24,000 nucleotides of DNA from Carnobacterium sp. (GCF_045617425.1 NZ_JAZLIO010000009.1:421261-445260); one strand, 5' to 3'. Positions 8,106-17,703 are shown, numbered from the stretch's first letter. Numbers and translations: made by a program. The notes: generated from the letters alone by a model not told the origin.

Positions 8106-8966
8106 TCATAAATTTGCTTCAATAGCCATCAACAAGCAACCCGTTATTCCTGCATTGTCTTCAAGTTCTGGAGTTACAATGTACTCATCTAAAGAAGGAG
8201 TCGCAACATAACCAGCCATCAACTGAGTAAATTGTTCTTTAATCATAGCGAGCAATTGAGTTTGTTTCATAACCCCTCCGCCTAAAATAATTTTTTCAGG
8301 GCTAAGAATCAAGGTATAATTCACTAAAGCTTGTGCTAAATAGAATGCTTCTATCTCCCAAACTTTTTTATCTTCTGCTAACTCATGTCCTTTTTTCCCA
8401 TAGCGTTTTTCAATAGCTGGGCCTGCAGCAACACCTTCTAAACAATTTCCATGATAAGGACAAACGCCTTCAAAATAATCATCAGGGTGCATGCTGACTA
8501 AAAGATGTCCCATTTCTGGATGCCCAAAACCGCTTAGTACTTTCCCATCAACTACAGCTCCACCACCGATTCCGGTACCAACAGTTAGGTAAAGGCAGCT
8601 TTCCGTTCCTTGAGCGCTTCCTTTTTTAAGTTCTCCGTAAGCGGCTGCATTTACATCTGTCGTCCAAGCAACTGGAATATCATATCTCTGTTTAACTGCT
8701 CCTAAGAAGTCAAAATTCTTCCATGCGGTTTTTGGAGTTGATGTTACATATCCATATGTAGCTGATTTTTCATTAACATCAATTGGCCCAAAAGATCCAA
8801 TTCCAATAGAAGTTAATGTGTACTGATCAAAAAAGTCAAAAACTTGTTTAAGGGTTTCTTCTGGTGTAGTGGTAGGAATACTTATACGTTCTTTTATCTC
8901 TAATTGTTCATCGCTTATTGCACAAACAAACTTTGTTCCGCCTGCTTCAATTGCACCATACATCAT
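8106..8966 (-). CDS. scrK: ROK-family fructokinase
   Basis: 286 aa. N-terminal ATP-binding motif GAIEAGGTKF. ROK zinc motif HPEMGH...CPYHGNCLEG. Located in a sucrose locus. Confidence 0.85.
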   Translation of the reverse strand: MMYGAIEAGGTKFVCAISDEQLEIKERISIPTTTPEETLKQVFDFFDQYTLTSIGIGSFGPIDVNEKSATYGYVTSTPKTAWKNFDFLGAVKQRYDIPVAWTTDVNAAAYGELKKGSAQGTESCLYLTVGTGIGGGAVVDGKVLSGFGHPEMGHLLVSMHPDDYFEGVCPYHGNCLEGVAAGPAIEKRYGKKGHELAEDKKVWEIEAFYLAQALVNYTLILSPEKIILGGGVMKQTQLLAMIKEQFTQLMAGYVATPSLDEYIVTPELEDNAGITGCLLMAIEANL

Positions 8967-9090
8967 ACTTTTTCCTCCTAATGAATCTCCATAATAACTT
9001 TAGAAAAGGTTTTCTTAACCACCATATTACCACAGAATTTTTAAGAGTACTAGACGAGGAATTAATCTTTACATCCGTTAAATCAATCCT

Positions 9091-9134
9091 AATAAAAAAA
9101 GCTCTTCGAAGATGTTTCCTTCTTTAAGAGCTTT
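9091..9134 (-). terminator. Rho-independent terminator after arcR
   Basis: Stem aaagctctt (9098-9106) / aagagcttt (9126-9134) with inner gaag/cttc pairs. On the minus strand it is followed by a long T-run (complement of the 9092-9100 A-run). Confidence 0.6.
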
Positions 9135-9184
9135 ATAACTACTAGCTTATTTGATTTTTAAGTCACCGCTAGTATATTACTAAT

Positions 9185-9889
9185 TTATTCTGTATAGGAG
9201 TTAAAATAAACCAAGTCTTTAAATACAAAAAGCTTGTGTTCATATTCTAGCTTTTTTGTTTCTTTTAGCTTTTTAATCGTGTTTCCTACCGTTTCTCTTG
9301 AGCATCCGCTCATATTCGCTATTTCATTGATCGTAATTGGATAAGGTATATTGACCATTGTTGGATTGGTATAATCTCCCAACTCTTTCATTAAATAATT
9401 TAATGTTTTAATGATACGATTTGTAGCATTCGATACGACTAAATATTGTAATCTTTCTTCATGACTTTTAAGAATTTTAGATAATTTATGATAGAAGAAA
9501 ATCATTTGTTTAAGATTTTTTTCTATTATACTCTCAAAAAGAGTTGTGGGAATATAATACAGCTCTATATCTGTCACAGCATAAGCAGAGTAATGATAAA
9601 CCTCATCGGAAAACATTCCACCATACGGGAATAATGTTTCCTTTTTCACATAGTCTGTGTACGTGTAAAAAGCACTTTCGTCATATTTTTCAAGTCTAAC
9701 CAATCCATCGACTAAATAAAATATTTTTTCACGAATGTCTCCTTCGTCAAATAGAACTTGTCCCTTTTTATACTTTCGCAGATACATATTTTTTCGAAGA
9801 AGATTAAATTCGGGATCGGTAAATTCTGAAAAAATAGGCTTGTATCTTAGTTCATATAAGTTGATTAACTTTTTTTGAATGGTTGACAT
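9185..9889 (-). CDS. arcR: Crp/Fnr-family transcriptional regulator of the ADI pathway (ArcR-like)
   Basis: cNMP-binding beta-barrel followed by a C-terminal HTH (INEIANMSGCSRETVGNTIKKL). The ORF track starts at 9967, but ATG 9889 (MSTIQKK) has GGAG 7 nt upstream, so I use that start. Adjacent to arcC. Confidence 0.8.
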   Translation of the reverse strand: MSTIQKKLINLYELRYKPIFSEFTDPEFNLLRKNMYLRKYKKGQVLFDEGDIREKIFYLVDGLVRLEKYDESAFYTYTDYVKKETLFPYGGMFSDEVYHYSAYAVTDIELYYIPTTLFESIIEKNLKQMIFFYHKLSKILKSHEERLQYLVVSNATNRIIKTLNYLMKELGDYTNPTMVNIPYPITINEIANMSGCSRETVGNTIKKLKETKKLEYEHKLFVFKDLVYFNSYTE

Positions 9890-9971
9890 CAAAACACTCC
9901 TATTCATACTTTTCATCTTTAAACACTTGCCCATAGATAATTTATTCACAATATAAGTATAACACAAAAGT

Positions 9972-10002
9972 AAAAAAAGCCTTCAGATTAAAGGCTTTTT
10001 TT
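9972..10002 (-). terminator. Bidirectional terminator between arcC and arcR
   Basis: aaaaaaagcctt-cagatta-aaggcttttttt: a GC core gcctt/aaggc extended by A/T runs on both sides. Confidence 0.75.
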
Positions 10003-10035
10003 ACTTTATTATGCATTTTTTAAATAACGCTTACA

Positions 10036-10980
10036 TCACTTTATAATAATTGTTCCCGCACCTTCTGATAAAACGTATTCAATATTTTCTAAAGAGGTAA
10101 CAATTGCTTTTCCATTCTTTGAATTTTCTACAAACGCAATTGCAGCCTCTACTTTAGGCAACATACTTCCTGCAGCAAATTGATGCTCAGCAATATAGCC
10201 TTTCATTTCTGTAACCGTTACTTTATTAAGTTGTTTTTGATTGGGTTGATTGTAATTGATATAGATATTATTGACGCCCGTCAACACTACCAGTAAGTCC
10301 GCTTGTATCAACTCTGCTAACTTTTGAGAGGCAAAATCCTTATCGATTACAGCTTCAATTCCTCTTAGCTCATTATTTCTTTTTACGACTGGAATACCGC
10401 CTCCACCAACCGTTATTGGAATGATTCCATTTTCTACTAATTGATTGATCACACAATGCTCTTTAATGCTGATTGGTTTTGGTGAAGGAACGACTTTTCG
10501 CCAACCTCTTCCAGAGTCTTCTTTAAAAACAGCTTGAGATTGTTCCATTTCTGCTTCAGCTTCTTCTTTCGACAGGAAAGGACCAACTGGTTTACTTGGC
10601 TGCTCAAAAGCAGGGTCTGCTTCATCAACAATTACTTGAGTAATCAATGAGACCACTTGTTTATCTATATTTCGTTTCTCTAAAGCTCGTCCAAGTGCAT
10701 TTTGCATCCAATACCCAATACTTCCTTGAGTCATAGCTACACAGGTATCTAGCGGCATAGCTGGATTATTAGGTGTATCTCCTGCAATCTGTTGCAATAA
10801 TAAATTTCCTACCTGTGGCCCGTTACCATGTGAAATAACCAAGTCATCACCATTCTCAATAAATTTCACCAAATATTCTGCTGTTTCATCAAGTGCTTGT
10901 TGTTGTGCTTGAGCACTTGCATCATTTGATAATATTGCATTTCCACCTAAAGCAACCACGATTTTTCTTTTTGTCATCAT
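10036..10980 (-). CDS. arcC: Carbamate kinase
   Basis: 314 aa. [13 protein letters not shown]-terminus, SHGNGPQVG motif, and the amino-acid kinase fold throughout. Confidence 0.9.
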   Translation of the reverse strand: MMTKRKIVVALGGNAILSNDASAQAQQQALDETAEYLVKFIENGDDLVISHGNGPQVGNLLLQQIAGDTPNNPAMPLDTCVAMTQGSIGYWMQNALGRALEKRNIDKQVVSLITQVIVDEADPAFEQPSKPVGPFLSKEEAEAEMEQSQAVFKEDSGRGWRKVVPSPKPISIKEHCVINQLVENGIIPITVGGGGIPVVKRNNELRGIEAVIDKDFASQKLAELIQADLLVVLTGVNNIYINYNQPNQKQLNKVTVTEMKGYIAEHQFAAGSMLPKVEAAIAFVENSKNGKAIVTSLENIEYVLSEGAGTIIIK

Positions 10981-10992
10981 TATTACACTCCT

Positions 10993-12420
10993 CTACATAT
11001 TACTAATATCAATTGAACCATTTGCAATCTGTATAACAGCTAGTATAAAGAGAAGCACAATGATCGCTGCTGCAATCCATTCACTCTTAGTAAATATTTT
11101 TTCTTTATTTTCTTTTTGTACCCAAGCGTAAATAATGATTCCTGGTGCGTACAACAACATGGTTAGCAGTAAATAATCCACTCCACCTGCATAAATCAAC
11201 CAAATAGCATAAATACTCGCTACTATTCCAATAAAAATATTTTGGTTACGACGTTTTGTGTCACTTGTTTCCATCAATGACAGTTTTAACTGATAAAATG
11301 CTGTAAATGCATATGGAATTAAAATGGCTGATGAAGCCAATGAAAAAGCGAAATTGTAAGCTCTTGAACTGATTAAAAAAGTAAATAAGAACAATTGGAT
11401 CAGTACATTTGTAAATAATAATGAATTAACGGGTGCTCCATTTTTATTTTCTTTAATAAAAAATTTAGGGAACGCACCTTGTTTTGCTGCTTGAAATGGC
11501 AATTCAGCTGCAAACATAGTCCAAGCAAGCCAAGCGCCTGATACAGAAATGATCACACCAATATTGATCAACACTGCACCCCATTTACCAACAACACTTT
11601 CTAACAAATAAGCCATTGCAGGTTGAGGCAAGTCAGCTAATTCTGGTCTAGTTAAAACAGCCATTGATAAAATCGTGGTTAGTAGATAAATAGCAATCAC
11701 GGTGACTAAACCGATAATCGTCGCTTTACCAACATCAGATTTGTGCTTAGCTCGACCAGAGAAGACCACTGCTCCCTCAATTCCAATAAATACCCATACC
11801 GTAACTAACATCGTACCTTGAACTTGGTCCATTACTTCTTTAAATGAAAAATTTCCGGAGATTGTTCCCCAAAAGTCAGCTGTAAAAACATCTAATTTAA
11901 AGGCTACAAACATAGCTACAAAAAAGATGGCTAGCGGAATCAATTTTGCTGCTGTGACGATTGTATTGATAAAAGAAGCCGTTTCGACTCCTTTTAATAT
12001 AAGTGCGTGAACCAACCAAAGCATGACAGATGCTCCGATAACAGAAGCTAAATTCTGACCGTCTCCAAAAATAGGGAAAAAATACCCAATTGAGCTGAAT
12101 AGTAGTGTTCCATAAGCAACATTTCCTAAAAATGCTGACAACCAATAACCCCATGCTGAATTGAATCCCATATATTTTCCGAATCCTTCTTTAGCGTAAC
12201 TATAAATCCCAGCATCCAAGTCAGGACGCTTAGCAGATAAATTTTGAAAACAAAATGCCAAGAATCCCATTCCTATGCCGGCTATAATCCAACCAATAAT
12301 TACTGGACCTACAGAAGCTTCTACAGCCATATCAGACATTAAATTAAAAATTCCGCCACCAATAATTGAGCCTACAACTAGGGCAATTAAAGGAATTAGA
12401 CCTACTTTTTTATCTTCCAC
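10993..12420 (-). CDS. arcD: Arginine/ornithine antiporter (APC superfamily)
   Basis: 475 aa with about 12-13 hydrophobic segments. N-terminal LIPLIALVVGSIIGGGIFNL is typical of the ArcD/basic amino acid antiporter family. Embedded in the arc operon. Confidence 0.85.
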   Translation of the reverse strand: MEDKKVGLIPLIALVVGSIIGGGIFNLMSDMAVEASVGPVIIGWIIAGIGMGFLAFCFQNLSAKRPDLDAGIYSYAKEGFGKYMGFNSAWGYWLSAFLGNVAYGTLLFSSIGYFFPIFGDGQNLASVIGASVMLWLVHALILKGVETASFINTIVTAAKLIPLAIFFVAMFVAFKLDVFTADFWGTISGNFSFKEVMDQVQGTMLVTVWVFIGIEGAVVFSGRAKHKSDVGKATIIGLVTVIAIYLLTTILSMAVLTRPELADLPQPAMAYLLESVVGKWGAVLINIGVIISVSGAWLAWTMFAAELPFQAAKQGAFPKFFIKENKNGAPVNSLLFTNVLIQLFLFTFLISSRAYNFAFSLASSAILIPYAFTAFYQLKLSLMETSDTKRRNQNIFIGIVASIYAIWLIYAGGVDYLLLTMLLYAPGIIIYAWVQKENKEKIFTKSEWIAAAIIVLLFILAVIQIANGSIDISNM

Positions 12421-12488
12421 GATTCTTCCTCCTCAGTTTTAATGACTTTACTGTGTAGCCTAAACTAAAGTGTGGTATTCGTTTGAAC

Positions 12489-12539
12489 GTATGAATACAA
12501 GTATGAGAACGATTATTTCTCATACTTGTGGTTTCATAC
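12489..12539 (-). other. Long intercistronic stem-loop between arcB and arcD, with no U-tract
   Basis: Perfect 13-bp stem acaagtatgagaa (12497-12509) / ttctcatacttgt (12517-12529) with a 7-nt loop. It is extended by an outer 7-bp helix gtatgaa (12489-12495) / ttcatac (12533-12539). No T-run follows on the minus strand. Confidence 0.6.
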
Positions 12540-12554
12540 AATTTATTTTGTGAC

Positions 12555-13571
12555 TTAGACTTTAGGAATGAATAAATTTCCTAGTGTCGCAGCCATAATA
12601 GCTTTGATAGAGTGCATCCGGTTTTCAGCTTGCTCAAATTGACGTGCATGTTTGCTTCTGAATGCTTCATCCGTAATTTCCATCGCATCAATATGGTGTT
12701 TTGCTTTTACGTCTCTTCCATAGTCGGTATTGGTATCATGAAAGGCTGGTAGACAGTGTAAAATAATCATGTCATCTTTTCCAGTTGCACGAACCATCTC
12801 CATATTTAACTGATAAGGAGTCAATAACTCGATCCGTTCTGCAAACTTATCTTCTTCTCCCATAGATACCCAGACATCGGTATATAACACATCTGCGCCT
12901 TTAACACCTTCTGCAACATCTTTTGTGATTATCAATTTGCTACCAGATTGTTTCGCAAAAGATTGAGCCATATCAACTAATTCTTTTTCTGGGAATAATG
13001 ATTCAGGTGAGACGATTCGAATGTTTACTCCTAAAATTGCACCTGTGACTAGCAAGCTGTTTGCTACATTATTACGGCCATCTCCAACATAGGCTAACGT
13101 AAGCCCTTCAAGGTGTCCGAAGTTTTCTTTAACCGTCAAAAAGTCTGCGATCATTTGCGTTGGATGCCATTCATCCGTTAACCCATTCCATACGGGAACA
13201 CCTGAAAATTCTGCTAATTGTTCTACAGTACTTTGTTTGAATCCACGAAATTCAATTCCATCGAACATACTTCCGAGTACTCGTGCTGTATCTTCAACAG
13301 ATTCTTTTTTACCTAATTGAATATCATTTTTCCCAAGGTACTCAGGATGTGCACCTAAATCAATAGCTGCTGTAGTAAACGCAGCACGCGTACGAGTAGA
13401 AGCTTTTTCAAACAACAAAGCGATATTTTTCCCTTCTAAATAGTGATGTGGAATACCTCTTTTTTTTAAATCTTTTAAATGTGCAGATAGGTCGATTAAA
13501 TACATCAATTCTTCTTTTGTAAAATCTTTTTCAGCTAACAAACTACGTCCTTGGAATACTTGTTTTGTCAT
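12555..13571 (-). CDS. arcB: Catabolic ornithine carbamoyltransferase
   Basis: 338 aa. Carbamoyl-phosphate site STRTR, HPTQ, and ornithine site HCLPAFH. Confidence 0.92.
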   Translation of the reverse strand: MTKQVFQGRSLLAEKDFTKEELMYLIDLSAHLKDLKKRGIPHHYLEGKNIALLFEKASTRTRAAFTTAAIDLGAHPEYLGKNDIQLGKKESVEDTARVLGSMFDGIEFRGFKQSTVEQLAEFSGVPVWNGLTDEWHPTQMIADFLTVKENFGHLEGLTLAYVGDGRNNVANSLLVTGAILGVNIRIVSPESLFPEKELVDMAQSFAKQSGSKLIITKDVAEGVKGADVLYTDVWVSMGEEDKFAERIELLTPYQLNMEMVRATGKDDMIILHCLPAFHDTNTDYGRDVKAKHHIDAMEITDEAFRSKHARQFEQAENRMHSIKAIMAATLGNLFIPKV

Positions 13572-13614
13572 TACTTATTCCTCCATATACTTAAATCTGA
13601 TTTTAAAACAGTTC

Positions 13615-14856
13615 TTATTGTTTTGGTAAATCTTCACGAATCAAAGGCATACTCATACAACGTGGACCGCCACGACCTCTAGACAACTCACTGGAGGCAA
13701 TCTCGATCACTTCAACTCCGTGGCTTCTTAACAAGGCATTCGAAACATAGTTGCGATCATATGTGACCACTACTCCAGGAGCGATAGCTAATGTGTTAGA
13801 GCCATCATTCCATTGTTCACGAGGTGCAGCAATCGCATCTCCGCCACCGCATGGAATCAGTGTCAATTTTGGTACACCAAGTGCTTCACGTAAAACTTCT
13901 TGTAAGTCTGAACGCTGGGTCATCTTCACTATTCCAGGTTCGTCACCTTTTTCTAAAATATAAGTGTCTACTTCACCATTATTTTTTTGTATGCCAGGAT
14001 GGATAGTAAATTTATCATAATCAACCATTGTAAACACTGTATCCAAATGCATCATAGCACGAACATTGGGAATTTTTATTGCCAATACTTTTTCAAAATT
14101 GGAGTTGCGGTCAAACAATTCGATTGCTAGTTGTTCAATGGCTTTAGCTGAAGTTCGTTGAGAGATACCGATTGCAATTACTTTATCGTTTAAGACAAGT
14201 TCATCTCCGCCTTCAATTCGAGATGTATGATTACGATCTCGCCATACTTCTACATCTTGGTCAGCAAATCTTGGGTGATATTTCATGATTGCTTCAATAA
14301 ACAGCGACTCTCTATTACGAGCTTCAAAAGCCATATGATTAATTGTTAGTCCATTTCCAATTGCCGCAGCTGGATCTCGAGTAAAATAAAGATTTGGCAT
14401 TGGATCCATAAAGAATGGATAAACTTCTTCACTTGATACGTCTGCTAAATGATGGCTTTCAATACTGACATCTTTCTTCCTAATACCTGCCATGATAGCA
14501 TCTACCATTTCTTGTGTGTCAAAACTTAGAAGATATTTCCTTAATCCTTCTTTAACACCATCCGTTTCAATATTTGATTCATCTAGAATTCTATCAAGAA
14601 ATTTTTCTTTCATCTTACCAGCATCGATTGCTTCTGCTGTTAGTTTTTCCAAATACAGTACTTCAACTCCGCGGTCAATCAATGCTTGAGCAAAGGCATC
14701 GTGCTCTTTTTGAATAACTGGTAAATGAGGAATATCGTCAAATAACAAGCGCTCCATAATTTCAGGGGTCAAATTTTCTACTTCTTTTCCTGGTCTTTTC
14801 AATAATACCGTCTTTAATCTTCCAATCTCAGACATTACATGAATGGGTGTTGTCAT
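13615..14856 (-). CDS. arcA: Arginine deiminase
   Basis: 413 aa. [16 protein letters not shown]-terminus, FTRD, and the catalytic Cys context [10 protein letters not shown] at the C-terminus. Confidence 0.92.
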   Translation of the reverse strand: MTTPIHVMSEIGRLKTVLLKRPGKEVENLTPEIMERLLFDDIPHLPVIQKEHDAFAQALIDRGVEVLYLEKLTAEAIDAGKMKEKFLDRILDESNIETDGVKEGLRKYLLSFDTQEMVDAIMAGIRKKDVSIESHHLADVSSEEVYPFFMDPMPNLYFTRDPAAAIGNGLTINHMAFEARNRESLFIEAIMKYHPRFADQDVEVWRDRNHTSRIEGGDELVLNDKVIAIGISQRTSAKAIEQLAIELFDRNSNFEKVLAIKIPNVRAMMHLDTVFTMVDYDKFTIHPGIQKNNGEVDTYILEKGDEPGIVKMTQRSDLQEVLREALGVPKLTLIPCGGGDAIAAPREQWNDGSNTLAIAPGVVVTYDRNYVSNALLRSHGVEVIEIASSELSRGRGGPRCMSMPLIREDLPKQ

Positions 14857-14952
14857 TGCATTTAACCTTCCCTTCTTGATGCTTCTTATTGATTACACAT
14901 CTATAATAACGTTTACCTTTTTTTTATGAAAGTTTAAAGTTCACACTTAAAA

Positions 14953-14968
14953 TGTCGATTTCATCACA
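14953..14968 (-). promoter_or_regulatory. Crp/Fnr-type (candidate ArcR) box upstream of arcA
   Basis: The minus strand reads TGTGA-TGAAAT-CGACA, an 8/10 match to TGTGA-N6-TCACA. It is centred roughly 60-65 nt upstream of a weak TTCATA-N16-TATTAT promoter. A cre-like ggtaaacgttatta (14904-14917) overlaps that -10. Confidence 0.45.
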
Positions 14969-15096
14969 TTATTTTTCTCATTTTTCATATATATTCTTTT
15001 TATAGAATATTCACTATGTAACGAATCTTTATACTGTATATGAATGTTCTTTATACATTTTTTATTAACTAACTTTTTTTTAAAAGGTGGAGAAAT

Positions 15097-15615
15097 ATGA
15101 AGAAAAAAGATCGCTTATTTACGATAAAAAAACTTATTCTCAATCACAGTATTGCTACACAACAAGAATTAATGAATCACTTGCAAAAAGAAAATATCCA
15201 AACTACTCAAGCAACTCTTTCTAGAGATATAAAAGAATTAAATTTAATCAAAGTAACACAATTAGACCGAACAACAAAATATACATTTTTCCATGACACT
15301 TTTCTCGAAAAGAGTCTGTACTATAGACTTGAAAAAGCGTTACATAACTACGCAGTAAGCATAAAATGTATTGGTTTTTTTGTTATCCTTTTTGTTCGTC
15401 CTACTCATCCAAGAATTATTGCTTCTCTGATTGATGAATTAAAGATACCGGCCATTGCTGGTACAATTGCTAGTTTTGATACTTGTTTGATTATTTTAAA
15501 TACGGAACAAGAAGCTCAACTATTGTGTGCTTGTTTGTCTGATATTATTCTTGAGCAATCTACTGATGATTTAGAAAAAAAACTAGTTCCTTTATTTCAA
15601 AAAAACTTTACATAA
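15097..15615 (+). CDS. argR: ArgR/AhrC-family arginine regulator paralog
   Basis: 172 aa. N-terminal winged helix ...TQATLSRDIKELNLIKV. The C-terminal oligomerisation domain has GTIASFDTCLII where AhrC has GTICGDDT. RBS AAAGGTGGAG. Divergent from arcA. Confidence 0.85.
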   Translation: MKKKDRLFTIKKLILNHSIATQQELMNHLQKENIQTTQATLSRDIKELNLIKVTQLDRTTKYTFFHDTFLEKSLYYRLEKALHNYAVSIKCIGFFVILFVRPTHPRIIASLIDELKIPAIAGTIASFDTCLIILNTEQEAQLLCACLSDIILEQSTDDLEKKLVPLFQKNFT

Positions 15616-15621
15616 AAACAA

Positions 15622-15678
15622 AAAAACTAATCTGAACAAAAGGGATTCTTACATCTCACTTTTTTCAGATTAGTTTTT
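15622..15678. terminator. Bidirectional terminator between convergent argR and ohr
   Basis: Stem ctaatctgaa (15627-15636) / ttcagattag (15664-15673), extendable by aaaag/ctttt, flanked by A- and T-runs. Confidence 0.6.
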
Positions 15679-15692
15679 AGTTTGCTACAATT

Positions 15693-16124
15693 TTATTTGT
15701 ATTCTATCGCTTTTATATCAACATCAATGTTGTTTTGAACAGCTTTAGAATATGGACAGAATGCATGTGCTTTTTCTGCTAATTCTTGAGTTGTTTCTAT
15801 GCTTTGTCCTTCAATAGCAACTGTCAGTACTACAGATAATTTAACACCGTTGTCTGTCGGATCTGAATTTAAAGAAACATCAGCTGTTACTTCTGATTTA
15901 GCTTCAATTTTAGCTTGTTTGATCATTATTTCAAGTGCTGAATTGAAACACGCACTATAACCTAAAGCAAATAATTGTTCTGGGTTGCTACCTTGTCCTG
16001 GTCCGCCCATTTGTTTTGGAGTCGATACTTTTATAGAAAAAGAACCATCGGGTAAACGGCTTTCTCCGTTACGTCCCCCCGTGTTGATTGCTGTCGTTTG
16101 ATACAATACTTTTGATTCAGCCAT
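15693..16124 (-). CDS. ohr: Organic hydroperoxide resistance protein (OsmC/Ohr family)
   Basis: 143 aa. Both catalytic cysteines sit in Ohr contexts (GYSACFNSA and AHAFCPYS). The ATG overlaps the ohrR stop (ATGGCTGA). Confidence 0.9.
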   Translation of the reverse strand: MAESKVLYQTTAINTGGRNGESRLPDGSFSIKVSTPKQMGGPGQGSNPEQLFALGYSACFNSALEIMIKQAKIEAKSEVTADVSLNSDPTDNGVKLSVVLTVAIEGQSIETTQELAEKAHAFCPYSKAVQNNIDVDIKAIEYK

Positions 16125-16560
16125 TATTTATTCCTCCTAAAATTTCTGTTAATTGATTGATTTTTGTTAATAGGTCAAAATAATCTTTTTCTTCCAAATT
16201 TAATAGGGACAGGCAGGCAGAAACTTTTTCTAATAACTCATCCTTTAAATTATCAGCTTTTGAAGTAGTCGCAATAATTACTCTTCTTTCGTCTTCCGGA
16301 TGACGATTTCGAGTAATAAATCCATTCGCTTCCATTCGCTTTAGCATCGGTGTTAAAGTTCCACTATCCAGTCCAAGTTTTGTTCCTAATGATTGAACAC
16401 TCAGGCCAGATTCTTCCCATAATACAAGCAATGTGACATATTGAGTATACGTAAGAGAAAAGGGTTCTAATACCGGACGATAAAGTTTCGTAAACTGTTT
16501 CGATAAAGAATAAGTAGAAAAACATAATTGTTCTTCTAGTAAAAAATCGTTTCCTTCCAT
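16117..16560 (-). CDS. ohrR: MarR-family organic hydroperoxide sensor/repressor OhrR
   Basis: 147 aa. Sensing Cys in EEQLCFSTY (C13). MarR wHTH. A second Cys at position 116. Located upstream of and overlapping ohr. Confidence 0.85.
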   Translation of the reverse strand: MEGNDFLLEEQLCFSTYSLSKQFTKLYRPVLEPFSLTYTQYVTLLVLWEESGLSVQSLGTKLGLDSGTLTPMLKRMEANGFITRNRHPEDERRVIIATTSKADNLKDELLEKVSACLSLLNLEEKDYFDLLTKINQLTEILGGINNG

Positions 16561-16585
16561 TCATGTTCCTCCTAAATAAGTTGCG

Positions 16586-16624
16586 CACAATTAAATTGTA
16601 CGCTATTTAATTTTAAATTACAAT
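16586..16624 (-). promoter_or_regulatory. ohrR-ohr sigma-A promoter with overlapping OhrR operator
   Basis: The minus strand reads TTGTAA (16623..16618), N17, TACAAT (16600..16595). The -10 lies inside the inverted repeat TACAATTTAATTGTG, which matches the B. subtilis ohrA operator half-sites TACAATT/AATTGTA. Confidence 0.7.
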
Positions 16625-16655
16625 ACTTTTCATCTATTCCAAATTTTTTTTCTTT

Positions 16656-17078
16656 CTATCCTTCAATGATTTTTACCATGAAATTTCGCTCCCTAGGTCC
16701 GTCAAATTCACAAAAATAAAGACTTTGCCATGTCCCTAAAATCAAACGTCCCTTAGAGATTATTAAGGTTTCACTTGCCCCTAGAACGGATGATTTCATA
16801 TGCCCATCTGAGTTTCCTTCCATATGTATATACTCTTCTTTATTGGGAAACGTCTGATTCAAACCTAAACTCAGATCCGTTTTAACATCTGGATCTGCAT
16901 TTTCATTAATAGTAATCGCTGCTGTCGTATGTGGGCAAAAAACTAACATTAGTCCATTCTTTATCCCACTTCTAGATAAAGCTTGTTGCAAATATTCATC
17001 AATGTTTATAAACGATTGTTTTTTTTCTGTTGAAAGTTCAAATGTATAAAGGTTATTGGTCATATTATTCAGCTCCAT
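16656..17078 (-). CDS. yjbQ: YjbQ/UPF0047-family protein (secondary thiamine-phosphate synthase-like)
   Basis: 140 aa. CPHTTAAITINENADPDV and the NSDGHMKSS motif are typical of UPF0047. Confidence 0.75.
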   Translation of the reverse strand: MELNNMTNNLYTFELSTEKKQSFINIDEYLQQALSRSGIKNGLMLVFCPHTTAAITINENADPDVKTDLSLGLNQTFPNKEEYIHMEGNSDGHMKSSVLGASETLIISKGRLILGTWQSLYFCEFDGPRERNFMVKIIEG

Positions 17079-17182
17079 TTCCTCTTTACCTCCATCATAC
17101 AGTATTCTAAAGTAATCCTAAACATATACGCTAGAAACTGATATACTAAGAGAATAAAAATAAGTAGAAAGTCGGTGAAATC

Positions 17183-17626
17183 TTGCAGATTTATATCGAT
17201 GCAGATGCCTGTCCAGTAAAAAATATTATTATCGAAGAAGCCTTAGCAAAGAACATTCCTGTCACACTGGTGACAAGTATTTCGCATTTCTCAACCAAAG
17301 AGCAACCTGTAGGAGTAAATACCGTATATGTTGATACCGGAGCTGAAGCTGCAGATTATCGGATCATAAAACTAATTGAAAAAGGCGATATCCTTATCAC
17401 ACAAGATTACGGATTAGCTTCATTAGGATTAGGAAAAGGGTGTATTGTTCTTCATCATACAGGATATATGTACACATCAGAAAACATTGACCAATTGCTG
17501 CAATCTCGCTATTTAAGTGCCATGGTTCGAAAAAGTGGCAAACGAACAAAAGGCCCAAAACCATTCACAGATGAAAATCGCAGAGAATTTAGACAGCGGT
17601 TCAAAGAACTTATTTCTACTCTATAA
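17183..17626 (+). CDS. yaiI: YaiI/YqxD-family protein (UPF0178/DUF188)
   Basis: 147 aa. N-terminal [11 protein letters not shown] is the family hallmark. TTG start. A strong terminator follows. Confidence 0.75.
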   Translation: MQIYIDADACPVKNIIIEEALAKNIPVTLVTSISHFSTKEQPVGVNTVYVDTGAEAADYRIIKLIEKGDILITQDYGLASLGLGKGCIVLHHTGYMYTSENIDQLLQSRYLSAMVRKSGKRTKGPKPFTDENRREFRQRFKELISTL

Positions 17627-17631
17627 AAAAA

Positions 17632-17677
17632 ATTCTTATTTTGATGGTCTCTCCATCAGAATAAGAATATTTTTTTG
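17632..17677 (+). terminator. Rho-independent terminator of yaiI
   Basis: 16-bp stem attcttattttgatgg (17632-17647) / ccatcagaataagaat (17653-17668) with one G-U pair and a 5-nt loop, followed by TATTTTTTT. Confidence 0.85.
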
Positions 17678-17703
17678 GACCACTTATTTTTCGCTTACTG
17701 AAA

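Noticed and set aside
8918-9127. 69-aa plus-strand ORF
   Set aside because: It starts antisense within the scrK 5' end and runs through the scrK promoter region into the arcR terminator. It has no RBS or motifs.
9890-9967. 26-codon N-terminal extension of arcR (track start at 9967)
   Set aside because: There is no RBS at 9967, and the extension (MCYTYIVNKLSMGKCLK...) is not part of a cNMP-binding domain. The ATG at 9889 has GGAG at the proper spacing.
10449-12154. Minus-strand ORFs 10449-10631 (60 aa) and 11897-12154 (85 aa)
   Set aside because: They are out-of-frame overlaps nested inside arcC and arcD respectively. The host frames carry strong family motifs and these do not.
13751-14689. 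Three plus-strand ORFs (13751-13963, 13824-14006, 14492-14689)
   Set aside because: All are antisense inside arcA, short, without RBS or motifs.
16364-16588. 74-aa minus-strand ORF overlapping ohrR
   Set aside because: It is an alternative frame within ohrR that extends over the operator/promoter. The MarR frame is clearly the real one.
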